63,221 bases of DNA from Nannocystales bacterium (GCA_050633305.1 JBOEGF010000011.1:1-63221), one strand, 5' to 3'; shown: positions 1-12,217, counted from the first letter of the stretch. The notes: a model not told the origin generated them from the letters alone. Translations and numbers: made by a program.

Positions 1-451
1 GTGCTACGGCGAGGACTTACGCCAAGGCCGACACCGCCGCCGCGTGAAACGACTTCATGCGGCAACTTTCTTGAAATCCACCGCCACGATGGGCTCGCAC
101 GACGGACGACGAGCACGTGCTGACATCATTGAACGCTTCGCGAATGCCGAAGCGTCCGAGGATGAGCCAGCGTGGTACCCCAGTGGAGATGTCCGAGTTT
201 ACGCCCGCAGCACTCGCCAAGGTGCTCCGAAGCGATATCGTCGCTCGCGCGCTCCGCGATCGGTTGAAGGCCTCCTTGGCCGAGGCCAGGCGTTCGATCC
301 AGCGCCTCGGTCTCCCTGGAAGCCGTTGATCCTCAGCCGGCGAGGCTGGCCCGGACCCGCGATTACGGACGACCACCCGCGATCACCAGTCTGGAAGTCG
401 TGTGCTGACAGAGGTGTTGCCGATGCAGACGCGACAGCTAGGCTGGCACGC

Positions 452-922
452 ATGACTTGGTCTCGGATGTCGCTTATTGGACTTGTACTGACAGGGGCGT
501 GCGTGGGAGAGAGCGCGGTCTCGTTCGAGGGCGTGCTCGAGGAGCACCGCACCGAGGTTTCGGGCGATATCCTCGACTGTGGGCATGCCACCGTCGGCAA
601 CGAGTGCCGCGAATCGATGAGCGAAGCAGAGGCCTGCATCGTGGACGCGTTCACCCGTTGCACCGCCGCTGAATTGCGGCTTGATGTCACGGGCACAGAC
701 GCCGCGTTCGACGTCGCCCTCTTCGTCGACGTCGCCCCTGATGGGACGTGTACGGTCAGCCGTTTCACGGACCACAGCGCCGACGGATTCAAGGGCGACT
801 ACGGCGACTACGTCGAACAAGGCTGTGCTGGGTTGGCCGCCGTGGTCCCGGACACCGAGGCCGGGGTCTGCGCAGGTGTGACCGCGACGGAGTGCGCCAC
901 GCGTGAGGAGTGGTACGAGTAG
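452..922 (+). CDS. Cys-rich lipoprotein, hypothetical
   Basis: Lipobox LVLTGA-C after ATG 452; acidic, Cys-rich mature part; TAGGCT lies 7 nt upstream of the ATG. The ORF extension back to 44 is probably non-coding. Confidence 0.7.
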   Translation: MTWSRMSLIGLVLTGACVGESAVSFEGVLEEHRTEVSGDILDCGHATVGNECRESMSEAEACIVDAFTRCTAAELRLDVTGTDAAFDVALFVDVAPDGTCTVSRFTDHSADGFKGDYGDYVEQGCAGLAAVVPDTEAGVCAGVTATECATREEWYE

Positions 923-1471
923 CTCGCCGCCTGGGCAGACGGGCGGAGGCCCAAGACCGCAGGACCGCCCACGAGCCTTCCCGGGTGGGCGTCACTCCTC
1001 GGTGTCGGCGTGGACCCGGCTCGCGTGGTGACACGGCGCAGTCAGACGTGCCGGGCCGCTCATCGACAGCGAAGCTTGCAGGGACCGTCGGGATGGACTC
1101 GTCCGTGGCGGCGAGTTTCCAAGATCTCTCATCCGGCGCGGTCCAACCAGGATCACGACGGCTCGGCTGTCGGAGTGTTCGCTCAACCGGGTCATGCCTC
1201 GCGGAACGACAGGCGCGTTTTCAGTCATCTCCGATTCAGAGGCGTTGAACCTCGCGCGGGCGGCCGCGAACTCGCCCTCGAGGGTTCTCCCCGAGTCGGG
1301 AAAACCCTGGACAGCCTGGGCGTTCCGAAGATGGCGGCGCTGCGGAGTGCCTGCGTTCGCGGGCAAGGCGGACCTTCTTCGCCATTGTGTATGTTAGGGT
1401 TCCTGGGATGTGGAAGGGGCTCGGACTGGGGCGCGGTCTTTCGCAGCTCGCGATCCTGAGGGCTTGAGGCG

Positions 1472-1672
1472 TTGGCCGGACAAATCAAGAGAATGATTGA
1501 GGAGATCGTCGCGAGGCGGGCGGGGGAGAATGAGATCATCATGAAGACCACGCGCACCAAGCTGATCCTCAAAGGGATTGAAATCGGCAGGTGGTCCGAA
1601 ACGTCGGACGACGACCCCGCGATCCTGGCACGACTCGAACAGATCGCGCTGGAACTCGGGGTTCGGCTTTGA
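1472..1672 (+). CDS. Small conserved protein (MAGQIKRMI...TKLILKGI...DDDP), FIST-associated
   Basis: 66-aa ORF with TTG start and protein-like composition, 31 nt upstream of the FIST gene; resembles small proteins I recall next to FIST genes. Confidence 0.75.
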   Translation: MAGQIKRMIEEIVARRAGENEIIMKTTRTKLILKGIEIGRWSETSDDDPAILARLEQIALELGVRL

Positions 1673-1703
1673 ACTCCGATTTTTGGCGCCTGGGAGCAAC
1701 TAC

Positions 1704-2810
1704 ATGACCGTCATGACGATGACCGCGACCGGGAGCGATGTCTCCACGGTCGTCAAGGAACTCAGGGCTCAGATGGGCGAGCTCGCACCCACCACGGTGC
1801 TGTACTTCGCGTCCTCCCGATACGACCTGGGGAGCCTGAGCGCAGCAATGCAGGCCGCGTTCGATGGCGCGAAAGTGTTCGGATGCACGACCGCCGGAGA
1901 GATCGGCGGAGGCCGGATGCTCGAGGGGTCGGTCGTCGCAATGGCGCTCGACGGCGAGACGGTGCCGAACGTCGCGGTCGAAGTCATCGAAGATGTCGCG
2001 AACCGTGACGATGTGCCGAACGCACTCGAGCGCCTCGGAGAGAAGCTGGGCACTGCTGTCGCGTCCCTCGATGTGTCTCGCTACGTTGGAGTGATTCTGA
2101 TCGACGGCTTGAGCACGGCCGAAGAGCGCGTCTTGGACAGCCTGGGTAACCTCAGCGACATTGCGGTCGTCGGGGCCTCGGCCGGCGACGACATGTTGCT
2201 CGAGCGCACCCACGTGTTCGCAGACGGGCAGGCACACGCCGCCGCCGCCGTTCTGGCGATTCTCGAAGTCCCCGCAGGCTTCGAGGTGATCAAGACGCAG
2301 AGCTTCCGTACTCTCGACAAGACGTTGGTGGCCACGAAGGTGGATGAGCCGCAACGCACCGTGATCGAGTTCAACGGCAAGCCCGCGATGGAAGCCTACG
2401 CGGAGGCTCTGAACACGGATGTCGAAACGGCGGCCACGCTCTTCATGCGGCATCCAATGGGGCTGATGGATGGCGAAGAGCCCTATGTGCGCAGTCCTCA
2501 GCAGCAGCTGGGCGGTTCCATGATGTTCTTCTGTCAGATCAAAGAAGGCATGAACCTCGCCCTGTTGGAGTCGACGGATATCGTTGCCGACACCCGTGAG
2601 GTGCTGGCATCGCGGGCCACTGCGAACGAAACCGTTGGGCTGGTGAACTTCCACTGCATCCTGCGGACGCTCGAGCTCAAAGAGCGTGGCGATTGCCCCG
2701 CCTACGGTGAGCTCTTTACGGACCTGCCCGCGATCGGGTTCAGTACCTACGGCGAAGCGTTCATCGGGCACGTCAACCAGACCTCGACGATGCTGGTGCT
2801 ACGACGTTGA
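1704..2810 (+). CDS. Stand-alone FIST-N/FIST-C sensory protein
   Basis: GCTTAGEI, DGLS, GASAGDD, C-ILR and GFSTYGE...HVNQT motifs typical of FIST domains. Confidence 0.9.
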   Translation: MTVMTMTATGSDVSTVVKELRAQMGELAPTTVLYFASSRYDLGSLSAAMQAAFDGAKVFGCTTAGEIGGGRMLEGSVVAMALDGETVPNVAVEVIEDVANRDDVPNALERLGEKLGTAVASLDVSRYVGVILIDGLSTAEERVLDSLGNLSDIAVVGASAGDDMLLERTHVFADGQAHAAAAVLAILEVPAGFEVIKTQSFRTLDKTLVATKVDEPQRTVIEFNGKPAMEAYAEALNTDVETAATLFMRHPMGLMDGEEPYVRSPQQQLGGSMMFFCQIKEGMNLALLESTDIVADTREVLASRATANETVGLVNFHCILRTLELKERGDCPAYGELFTDLPAIGFSTYGEAFIGHVNQTSTMLVLRR

Positions 2811-3012
2811 GTTGAGCGCGCGCGCTGTCCTTTCGACGACGCGCGAGCGGACGAATTCCGCTCAATGAAGAACGGCCCACGCGGCGCGAGCGTTGGATGC
2901 ACGTCAGCGCTGTCGAGGCGCCCCTGTGGGGGGTGGCCCCACGAACCGCTTGACCCGGGTCACGGTCTCCGGCGGGAACTGGGCGCGGGCATGTGTCAAA
3001 ATGGTCATCGGG

Positions 3013-3678
3013 ATGAACGCCGCGATCCTACTGTCCGTAGCGTTGGTGTCCGCCGTGCCACAACCCTCCGAGGCCCCTCCTCAGATGGCTCGTGACGCTG
3101 AGTTGGAGACCAAGCGGCGTACGGGGCGCATCATGCTTGGCCTCCTGCCCGTCTCGTTCGCAGCGTTTGGAGGCGTTCACACCTTTGGGTACGGCCTGCG
3201 TCAGGGTTGGGTCCCTTGTAAGGCGCCCGGCAACGCCAGGGTCAAGGCTACGTTTGAAGCGGTGCTGTGCATCGGGGTTCCGGGCAAGGTCGAGCTCGTC
3301 GCTTCGGGCGCTCCTGCGACGCTTGCAGCGATTGCTGCGCACGACCTCGCGGAGGTGCGTCTTCACGAAGGACACAAGCGGTGGCGGCGGCCCGCCACCA
3401 TCGCAGCGTTGGTGACCGGCTCCGTGCTCATCGCGGGTGGGTTTGGCACCGTCGTGCTGTCGTTGGTCGCCGAAGACCCCGTCTTTCGTTCAGGTTCTGG
3501 TTGGGGCTGGCCCTTCTGGACACACGTCGCCGTCGCGCAATCGGGGGCGGTCCTGATGGCTGCCGGGGGCGCGCTCGTGGGCACGGGCACCGCACACCTG
3601 CCGGCCGGACGACGGACCATGGTGCGCGTCGGGCCGGGGTGGGGTGGCCGAGGCGTCGTGGTGTCCGGCCGCTTCTGA
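3013..3678 (+). CDS. Exported/membrane protein, hypothetical
   Basis: Signal peptide, several Gly/Ala-rich hydrophobic segments, C-terminal GVVVSGRF. Confidence 0.6.
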   Translation: MNAAILLSVALVSAVPQPSEAPPQMARDAELETKRRTGRIMLGLLPVSFAAFGGVHTFGYGLRQGWVPCKAPGNARVKATFEAVLCIGVPGKVELVASGAPATLAAIAAHDLAEVRLHEGHKRWRRPATIAALVTGSVLIAGGFGTVVLSLVAEDPVFRSGSGWGWPFWTHVAVAQSGAVLMAAGGALVGTGTAHLPAGRRTMVRVGPGWGGRGVVVSGRF

Positions 3679-3730
3679 GCGCCACAGACGGCGGTCGGGG
3701 CGGACCTCTCGTGGTTCGCGGCCCAACCAA

Positions 3731-3762
3731 CGAAAAAGGCCCCCAAAGCGGGAGCCCTTTCG
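3731..3762 (-). terminator. Intrinsic terminator after sucD
   Basis: Minus strand AAAGGGCTCCC-GCTTT-GGGGGCCTTTTT: stem with G-U pairs followed by a U tract. Confidence 0.75.
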
Positions 3763-3779
3763 TCTTCGCGGTCCGAAGT

Positions 3780-5848
<2,069 letters not shown>

Positions 5849-5890
5849 CGGTATCGAATCCTTGTGTGTGTGGAATCGTCGCGCGGCGCC

Positions 5891-6838
5891 CTAGTAGGGG
5901 AGCAGCTTGACGACGTCCTTGACCGCGTTGGCGGAGACTTCGAGCATCCCCTTCTCTTTTTCACCGAGCTTCATTTCGATGACCTTCTCCACGCCGCCCT
6001 TGCCAATGATGGCTGGGACACCGATGTAGAGGTCGCTGTAGCCGTATTCACCCTTGAGGAAGGCGGCGGTGGGCAACACGCGCTTCTTGTCGCGGACGAT
6101 GGACTCGACCATGGCGACAACGGATGCGGACGGTGCGTAGTAGCCGGAGTAGCCGAGCAGGCCGACGATCTCGCCGCCACCCTTGCGGGTGCGCGCAATG
6201 ATCGAATCGATCTTCTCTTGGGGCATGAGCTCCACGAGAGGAATCCCGGCGACCGAGGTGTGCGAAGGCAGCGGCACCATGGTGTCGCCGTGGCCGCCGA
6301 GGACCATGCCGTGGATGTCTTCGACCGAGACGCTGAGCGCTTCGGAGATGAAGTACTTGTAGCGCGCGGTGTCCAGGACGCCGGCCATGCCGATCACGCG
6401 GTTTGCCGGGAAACCCGACTCGTGCAGCATCACGTGGCACATGGCGTCGAGGGGGTTCGACACGCAGATGAGGATGGCGTCGGGCGACTTCTCGACGATC
6501 GCCTTGGTCACCGAGCTGACGATCTTGCGGTTGGTCTCGACCAACTCGTCGCGGCTGGTGAACTTGCCGGTGGCGGGGTCCTTCTTGCGCGGGACACCGG
6601 CGGTGATCACGACGACGTCGGACCCTGCGGTCGCGCCATAGTCGTTGGTGCCGACGAGGTTGGAGTCAAAGCCCATGACGGGCGAGCTTTCGGCAAGGTC
6701 GAGCGCTTTCCCTTGCGGGAAGCCCTCTTTGATGTCGACGAGGACGACGTCGCCCAGCTCTTTTTGAACGGCCCAGTGAGCAGCAGTCGCGCCCACGTTG
6801 CCAGCTCCGACGATGGTGATCTTATTCCTTCGCGGCAT
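5891..6838 (-). CDS. mdh: Malate dehydrogenase (LDH-like)
   Basis: [39 protein letters not shown] upstream of ATG 6838. Confidence 0.96.
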   Translation of the reverse strand: MPRRNKITIVGAGNVGATAAHWAVQKELGDVVLVDIKEGFPQGKALDLAESSPVMGFDSNLVGTNDYGATAGSDVVVITAGVPRKKDPATGKFTSRDELVETNRKIVSSVTKAIVEKSPDAILICVSNPLDAMCHVMLHESGFPANRVIGMAGVLDTARYKYFISEALSVSVEDIHGMVLGGHGDTMVPLPSHTSVAGIPLVELMPQEKIDSIIARTRKGGGEIVGLLGYSGYYAPSASVVAMVESIVRDKKRVLPTAAFLKGEYGYSDLYIGVPAIIGKGGVEKVIEMKLGEKEKGMLEVSANAVKDVVKLLPY

Positions 6839-6959
6839 GGATCTTCTCCAGGTTGCGGCGGGTTCTAACACGCCACAGCTGTCCGTGGAGGCCCGATTAG
6901 GATCGTTTTGGGGCCTGCCGGCCGTCGTAGCTCACGCCTGAAGTCCGCGCCGAACCGCG

Positions 6960-7592
6960 CTAGCCCGAGACGGTGAGCAGTCCGAGCCGAATCAGGTACA
7001 GCGCGCCGGCAACTCGAAACACACGGCTCAGGGACACGGCGAAGAACGTCGAGAACCGCATGTGCACCGCGCCCGCGGCCCAGGCGGACAGCGAATAGGG
7101 CAGGGGGGTGATCGCGGCGATCGCCACCACCCAGATGCCGTAGCGCCGGATCAGCCGCTCCAGCGAGCGACCTCGGCCCCGCATGAATCCCGACACCCAG
7201 CGTGTCGTTCGGAGCTGGCGACCGATGAGATACCCCACGCAGCCGCCCGCGACGCTGCCCAGCGTGCCCCAGCCGACGACTTCCCAAAACGGGACTCCGC
7301 CCTCGAGGCCGAACCATCCGAACGCATCGTTCGGGATGGGCACTGTGAACGCATCGGGGATCAGGTACCCCAGCGCGATGCCGGGGCCGCCGAGCAGCTC
7401 GACGAACGCTTGGCTCAGCTGCTGGAGCGGGTCGCGAAAGTACGCGCCCAAGGCAGCCGCCAGCGCGACCAAGCTGACGATGAACGCGAGCGTCAGCCCC
7501 AGGATGCGCCGAGGCGCGATCATCTCCTGGTCGTCGGCCTCGACAGCCTCGGCGGCCGGCGGTGCGTTCGCATCTTCGTGTTCGTCCGCCAA
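6960..7592 (-). CDS. DedA/YqaA (VTT domain) membrane protein
   Basis: GSVAGGCVGYLIGR, RYG.W, TPLPY, AG...M.F..F motifs. Confidence 0.85.
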   Translation of the reverse strand: MADEHEDANAPPAAEAVEADDQEMIAPRRILGLTLAFIVSLVALAAALGAYFRDPLQQLSQAFVELLGGPGIALGYLIPDAFTVPIPNDAFGWFGLEGGVPFWEVVGWGTLGSVAGGCVGYLIGRQLRTTRWVSGFMRGRGRSLERLIRRYGIWVVAIAAITPLPYSLSAWAAGAVHMRFSTFFAVSLSRVFRVAGALYLIRLGLLTVSG

Positions 7593-7673
7593 CCGACCCT
7601 GCGAACAACGATGTAGCGTCGTCCGGCACGACCGTCTACCCCGCAGGCCCGCAGGCTGCTAGGTTCCGCCAGC

Positions 7674-8210
7674 GTGGCCCGGAAACTCATCGCAGCGTGG
7701 GGACTACTCGGCGTCATCGCGCTGTTGTCGCAGGCGATCCTCCGTCTGACCCCGTTCGCCCTGGAGGCGTTGGAGAGCGACCTGTCGATCGGGCAGTGGA
7801 TCGGTCTGGCCATCTGGGTTGCGTTTATGGCGCACGCCGAGGGGTATCGCGGCTTCCACACCAAGCTCTCCCCCCGCGTCGTGTCGCGGGCCGCATACCT
7901 CCTCACCGGCAAGCTCACCCCGTGGCGTGTCCTGTTCGCCCCGTTCTTCTGCACGCGCTTGTTCGGTGCGTCCAAGAAGGGGATGTGGACGAGCAGGATC
8001 CTGCTCTCCGGGATCTTCTGCCTGATCGTCATCGTCCGCAATCTCGACATGCCGTTGCGCGGCATCATCGACTGCGGCGTCGTTGTCGGCTTGGGGATCG
8101 GCCTCGCGAGCATGGTCTTCTACGCAATCCGTGCCCTCACCGGCCGACCTTCGCCCGCCGACCCCGATCTACCGCCGGACGAAGCAGACGCACCCGACGC
8201 GGCTGGGTGA
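7674..8210 (+). CDS. Membrane protein, hypothetical
   Basis: 4-5 hydrophobic helices, EGYRGF and RGIID motifs, coding-like bias. Confidence 0.8.
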   Translation: MARKLIAAWGLLGVIALLSQAILRLTPFALEALESDLSIGQWIGLAIWVAFMAHAEGYRGFHTKLSPRVVSRAAYLLTGKLTPWRVLFAPFFCTRLFGASKKGMWTSRILLSGIFCLIVIVRNLDMPLRGIIDCGVVVGLGIGLASMVFYAIRALTGRPSPADPDLPPDEADAPDAAG

Positions 8211-8245
8211 GCTAGCCGGAGCCCTGGCGAAAGCGCGCTGAGGTC

Positions 8246-9265
8246 CTACTGCTCGACGCAGTAGAAGAACACGAGCGGGGTGAGCGAATCGCATCGGTAG
8301 CCCGTGTCGTCGAGGTAGTCTTCGGACAGGCAGGGCTGCCCGAGGTTCGCGTCCAGGTCGGCGGAGTTGCTCGTCCATCCGTTGCAAGTGTTGTCGAGTG
8401 CGTTCGTCCAGTCGTCGTTGAGGCCGGTCAAAACGCCGCGAATCTGACAGTTCCCAACGAAGATGAAAGGGTTCTCAAGTGGGAGCAGAGCGCTGTCTCG
8501 GACGCCAAGAAGTGGGACGGCGTCCGTCATCCAAACCGGCTCGCCTGCCGCGTTTACATACTGCGTGTAGGGTCTTAGCGGCCAATCGATCTGCGAGTCG
8601 GCCTCCAAAGGCGTTCCGTTCGTAGCTTGTCTGATCCCAGGGACAGCGAAGAGGGCGGTGAAGCCCGCCGCGCAGTTCCCGTCAGCGAACCCAACGGGGT
8701 TCGGTTGTAGGTTTCCTGTCGTCGTCGTCCCCGAAACCAAGATTTGCTTCTCTTCGATCACGTGCGAGCAGTCCGGTGCACAGGCACCGAGCTGGAAAGC
8801 GTTGTCGTCCTCGCCTTCGTCACATCCCTCGTTGGGACCGACGTTCCCATCTCCGCAGACGTTCAAGTTGCAGTCCGGCAGACACGCGCCCGTCAGCGCG
8901 TTCTGCTCGACTCCTTCGTCGCACTCCTCTCCTGGGTCGACTGACCCATCGCCGCAGAACGAAGAATCACGTCCCGTAGAGGCGTCGAGGCCCGTCGTGG
9001 TCATTGCGCCGTCCGAACTCGCCGCGGTTGTCGCACTTGTTGAGGTTGAAACAACCCGCCCCGTCTCGAGACCTCCGGACGTCGCGGAGTTGGTGCCGGT
9101 CGGAACTTCTCCAGTGCTCGATGCGGTGTCCGTGGTTTGCGCGCCGGAGGATGGGGCGTTCGGGCTAAAGCAACTCGCCACGCTCGCACAAATCAGCAGC
9201 ATCATCGTGTTGGAGGAGTTCATCGAGATTTGCGACGGTAGCAGGACTTGAGCTAGGCGCGGCAT
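8246..9265 (-). CDS. Lipoprotein with Myxococcus-type Cys-rich repeats and a C-terminal DUF1554-like domain
   Basis: Ser/Thr linker; CGDG..DPGEECD and CGDGNVGPNEGCD repeats; QIDWPL, TGL..DW, CNGWTS, YCVEQ. True start may be a downstream Met. Confidence 0.75.
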   Translation of the reverse strand: MPRLAQVLLPSQISMNSSNTMMLLICASVASCFSPNAPSSGAQTTDTASSTGEVPTGTNSATSGGLETGRVVSTSTSATTAASSDGAMTTTGLDASTGRDSSFCGDGSVDPGEECDEGVEQNALTGACLPDCNLNVCGDGNVGPNEGCDEGEDDNAFQLGACAPDCSHVIEEKQILVSGTTTTGNLQPNPVGFADGNCAAGFTALFAVPGIRQATNGTPLEADSQIDWPLRPYTQYVNAAGEPVWMTDAVPLLGVRDSALLPLENPFIFVGNCQIRGVLTGLNDDWTNALDNTCNGWTSNSADLDANLGQPCLSEDYLDDTGYRCDSLTPLVFFYCVEQ

Positions 9266-9384
9266 GCGGGATTGCCCGGCACGACAGGTTCCATCCGAGA
9301 CTGATAGCGCCGTGACGCGACCCGGGGTCTTCGGTCTTCGGACCTCCCAGGCCGCGCTCGGCCGCCGGTCGGAGCGGTCTGTTG

Positions 9385-10041
9385 CTAACGCGCAGGCGTC
9401 ATGACCGTCCAGGACGCTCCGCCACCGCAGCCCGTCTCAAAGTCGGTGCGGTCAGACGGTGGCGCGTTGACTGCGTCTTCGAGGGTCTCTTCTCCGAAGG
9501 CACCGCTGCAGTAGCGAAGCTGGCCGTCTTCATCGAAATCCCAGTCAAGCCGCTCGTAACCCTCAAGTCCGCCCATGGAGAGGCCCGCGATCCATCGCTC
9601 GTCATCGTTGACTTCCTCCGTGGCAACGACGATCGCGTCGAAACCAGGGAACGTGTTCGACCAGCTCTCTGCGCTAAGCGTGTGGAACGCTCCGAAGTTA
9701 TCGTCGTAGTCACCGTAGAGGTCGGCGTACCCGATGGCTTCTCCACCCGATGAGCTGCTGCCGCTCTCAGAGGAGCCAGACGAGCCGCTCTCCGAGCCGG
9801 ACGAGCCGCTGTCCGAGCCGGTCGAACTCTCGCCGCCGGTGGTGCCCGGATCGGTGGTGGTGGTCCCCGATGCCGTCGTGGTGGTGGCGGGGTTGGTTGT
9901 GCTGCCCGGGTCGGTGGTCGTGCCCGAGGTGGCCGCATCGGTATCGGTACCGCCGCCGTCGGAGTCACCGCTGTCACACGCGGGGAAAAAGAGGAGGGCA
10001 GCGGTGAGCGCGAGCGGGCGAGCCGCAGATCGTTGGAACAT
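9385..10041 (-). CDS. Lipoprotein of unknown function downstream of a cobalamin riboswitch
   Basis: Lipobox LLFFPA-C, Ser/Thr/Gly linker, ~120-aa acidic/aromatic domain with two Cys; GAAGGA RBS. Confidence 0.85.
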   Translation of the reverse strand: MFQRSAARPLALTAALLFFPACDSGDSDGGGTDTDAATSGTTTDPGSTTNPATTTTASGTTTTDPGTTGGESSTGSDSGSSGSESGSSGSSESGSSSSGGEAIGYADLYGDYDDNFGAFHTLSAESWSNTFPGFDAIVVATEEVNDDERWIAGLSMGGLEGYERLDWDFDEDGQLRYCSGAFGEETLEDAVNAPPSDRTDFETGCGGGASWTVMTPAR

Positions 10042-10055
10042 GAGTCGGTCCTTCA

Positions 10056-10198
10056 GGCTCCGTCCGTCGCGGAGCCGCCGGTTTGTGGTCAGGGGCAGAA
10101 TCCGGGCTCGTGAGCAGCACGCTCACATACCGTTGCGGGACAGCCGCGGATTCTCACCGCATTCCCTCTTGCGCCGCCGGAATGGCGGACCGCTGACA
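10056..10198 (-). promoter_or_regulatory. Cobalamin riboswitch (short, class-II-like)
   Basis: Minus strand AAGAGGGAA-TGCGGTGAGAATCCGCGG-CTGTCCCGCAACGGTA...GAGCCCGGATTCTGCC (B12 box); P1 GTCAGCGG/CCCCTGAC; downstream hairpin GGCTCCG/CGGAGCC just before the RBS. Confidence 0.9.
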
Positions 10199-10399
10199 GG
10201 GCCGCGACTACCTGAGCGCTGCTGGGGTGTCAACCACGGGAGATCCCTGGTCGAGCCCGCCGCGCACCCGTTCCGAATCGACACGCCGGCGGTTCGAGCG
10301 GTCCCCGCTTCGACGATTTGGAGTGAAACTAACAGTCAAAGTTGACCCCGTGGCGACCGTAGATACCCAATCTGGCGATACAACGGCCCTTCTTGCTCG

Positions 10400-10434
10400 T
10401 TGAATATGATTTTGACGTTGACTTTCAAAATTGA
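10400..10434 (+). promoter_or_regulatory. Fur-box-like AT-rich operator/promoter
   Basis: TTGAATATGATTTTGACGTTGACTTTCAAAATTGA in a GC-rich background, upstream of iron-uptake-type genes. Confidence 0.6.
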
Positions 10435-10478
10435 TCCGGCACAGTCCGCCCACGCTCCTCTGCAGCGGACGCAACGTC

Positions 10479-12071
10479 ATGAAGCGAACCAAACTCCTCC
10501 TTGCCTGCCTGATCCCCGCGGCTGTCCTTCTGGGCGCCTGCGACGACGGGGGCTCTGGGTCCGACGACACCGGTGCCACCGACGGCGCGACCGATTCGGA
10601 CCCCACGGACGCGACTGACCCGACCGACGCGACCGACCCCACGAATCCAACCGACCCCACCGACCCCACCGATCCCGTGGACACCGACGGAGAGACCGAC
10701 GGTGAGACGACGGGCGACACGGATGGTGGCGAGCTCGTCGTTCCGGATGTGTACGCGTTCGAGAGCCGATTCGAAGACGGCGCAAGCTCCGTCTCGTATG
10801 GCGGCCAGAGCTTCCGTCAGGTGCTCATCGCATCCCTCAAAGCTGAGATGAATGCGATCCAAGCGGACATCGACGCCGGCACCATCTTCGAGGCTGGAGA
10901 GGTCTCGGCGCGGCTGAGCTTCTACTACGACTTCGACGGTGACACCTCCAGCGAGGTGCCGCACCTGATCGAGACTACGCCGGCCCCACTGCAAACGGTC
11001 TTTGGCGACCTCGGCGGAGGCTCGGACCTGGTCAGCAAGACCGCGGGCAACGACGCTGACCCGCAGCACCAGGACTGGTCCACCGACATGATCGGCTGGG
11101 ATGCGTCCGACAACCCCGAAGACCTGGTCCGGGACTGGTTCGAGGCCTGCGATGCACTTGCCGTGGCGTACTCGAGCGGCAACATCCCTCTGGACCCTGA
11201 CGGCGTCCAGATCGCAAGCTGGTTCGTGTCCGCCGAAGGACTGGACTACCAGCAACTGGTGCAGAAGTTCCTGCTCGGCGCGGTCAACTACAGCCAGGGC
11301 ACCGATGACTATCTGGACGACGCGTCGGACAACGGTCTCAACGCCGACAACACGGTCTCCGACGATGGTGACCCCTACACGGCTCTGGAGCACGCGTGGG
11401 ATGAGGGCTTCGGCTACTGGGGTGGTGCGCGGAACTACCTCGAGTACACCGACGACGAGATTGCGACGTCCGAGGGCCGGCCCGAGTTTGTCGACGGCTA
11501 CAACGACGCCGACGCGGACGGCTCGATCAACCTCCAGTCCGAGATTAACTTCGCGGCCTCGGTCAACGCCGGCAAGCGGGACCGCGGCGCCGCAGAGTTG
11601 GGCGCGGCGACGGACTACACCGAGCAGACGATGCAGGCGTTCCTGACCGGTCGCGCCATCATCACGCACGCCGACGGAGCGCTGTCCGACGAGGACTTTG
11701 CGCTTGTGCAGGAGCAACGCGATCTGGCGGTCGATGGGTGGGAGCGAGCGTTGGCCGCGACGGCCATCCACTACTTCAACGACACCATCAAAGACACGCT
11801 CGCCGACGAGTACAGCTTCGCGGATCACACCAAGCACTGGGGCGAGCTCAAAGGGTTCTTGTTGACTCTTCAGTTCAACCCGAGGGCCCAGGTCTCCGAC
11901 GAGGACCTGCTGACGATCCACGAAATGGTCGGCGTCGCGCCGGTCTTCCCCGCGCAGTCGGGGGTCGCGCAGTACATCGCCGACCTGGTCGCGGCACGGA
12001 ACATGCTCGCCGAGTCCTACGCGTTCGACGATGCGTTGATCGGCGACGATTTCGGCGAAAACGGCTGGTAG
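10479..12071 (+). CDS. DUF4856-like lipoprotein (putative iron-regulated)
   Basis: Lipobox LLGA-C, TDP/TDA repeat linker, SSVSYGGQ, QLVQKFLLGAVNYSQG, EHAWDEGFGY, KHWGELKGF. Confidence 0.8.
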   Translation: MKRTKLLLACLIPAAVLLGACDDGGSGSDDTGATDGATDSDPTDATDPTDATDPTNPTDPTDPTDPVDTDGETDGETTGDTDGGELVVPDVYAFESRFEDGASSVSYGGQSFRQVLIASLKAEMNAIQADIDAGTIFEAGEVSARLSFYYDFDGDTSSEVPHLIETTPAPLQTVFGDLGGGSDLVSKTAGNDADPQHQDWSTDMIGWDASDNPEDLVRDWFEACDALAVAYSSGNIPLDPDGVQIASWFVSAEGLDYQQLVQKFLLGAVNYSQGTDDYLDDASDNGLNADNTVSDDGDPYTALEHAWDEGFGYWGGARNYLEYTDDEIATSEGRPEFVDGYNDADADGSINLQSEINFAASVNAGKRDRGAAELGAATDYTEQTMQAFLTGRAIITHADGALSDEDFALVQEQRDLAVDGWERALAATAIHYFNDTIKDTLADEYSFADHTKHWGELKGFLLTLQFNPRAQVSDEDLLTIHEMVGVAPVFPAQSGVAQYIADLVAARNMLAESYAFDDALIGDDFGENGW

Positions 12072-12087
12072 ACCGCCTTTTCGAGCC

Positions 12088-12121
12088 ACGGCCCACTTCG
12101 CTCGGATGCGGGGTGGGCCGT
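12088..12121 (+). terminator. Strong hairpin after the DUF4856 gene (terminator or mRNA stabiliser)
   Basis: ACGGCCCACTTCGC-TCGGAT-GCGGGGTGGGCCGT, 14-bp stem with G-U pairs; weak U tract. Confidence 0.5.
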
Positions 12122-12199
12122 CCTGCTTGGCGCGCGCGGGCCGAAGCGGGAATCAGGCCGGACCCCAAGTGGGGTTGCTCCGCGCACTGCGCCACAGGT

Positions 12200-12217
12200 T
12201 CTGATAATCATGTTCAA
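12200..12217 (+). promoter_or_regulatory. Second Fur-box-like site at the imelysin start
   Basis: TGATAATCATGTTCA resembles the Fur 7-1-7 consensus. Confidence 0.5.

Noticed and set aside
923..1470. Several overlapping ORFs in a ~550-bp gap, and ORFs in 1..450
   Set aside because: No motifs or convincing codon bias; possibly decayed sequence, cannot be supported
10580..10720. ACCGACCCC-type repeats, also (TTGACCGGC)x3 near 56169
   Set aside because: In-frame low-complexity protein linkers (TDP, KPV), not independent elements
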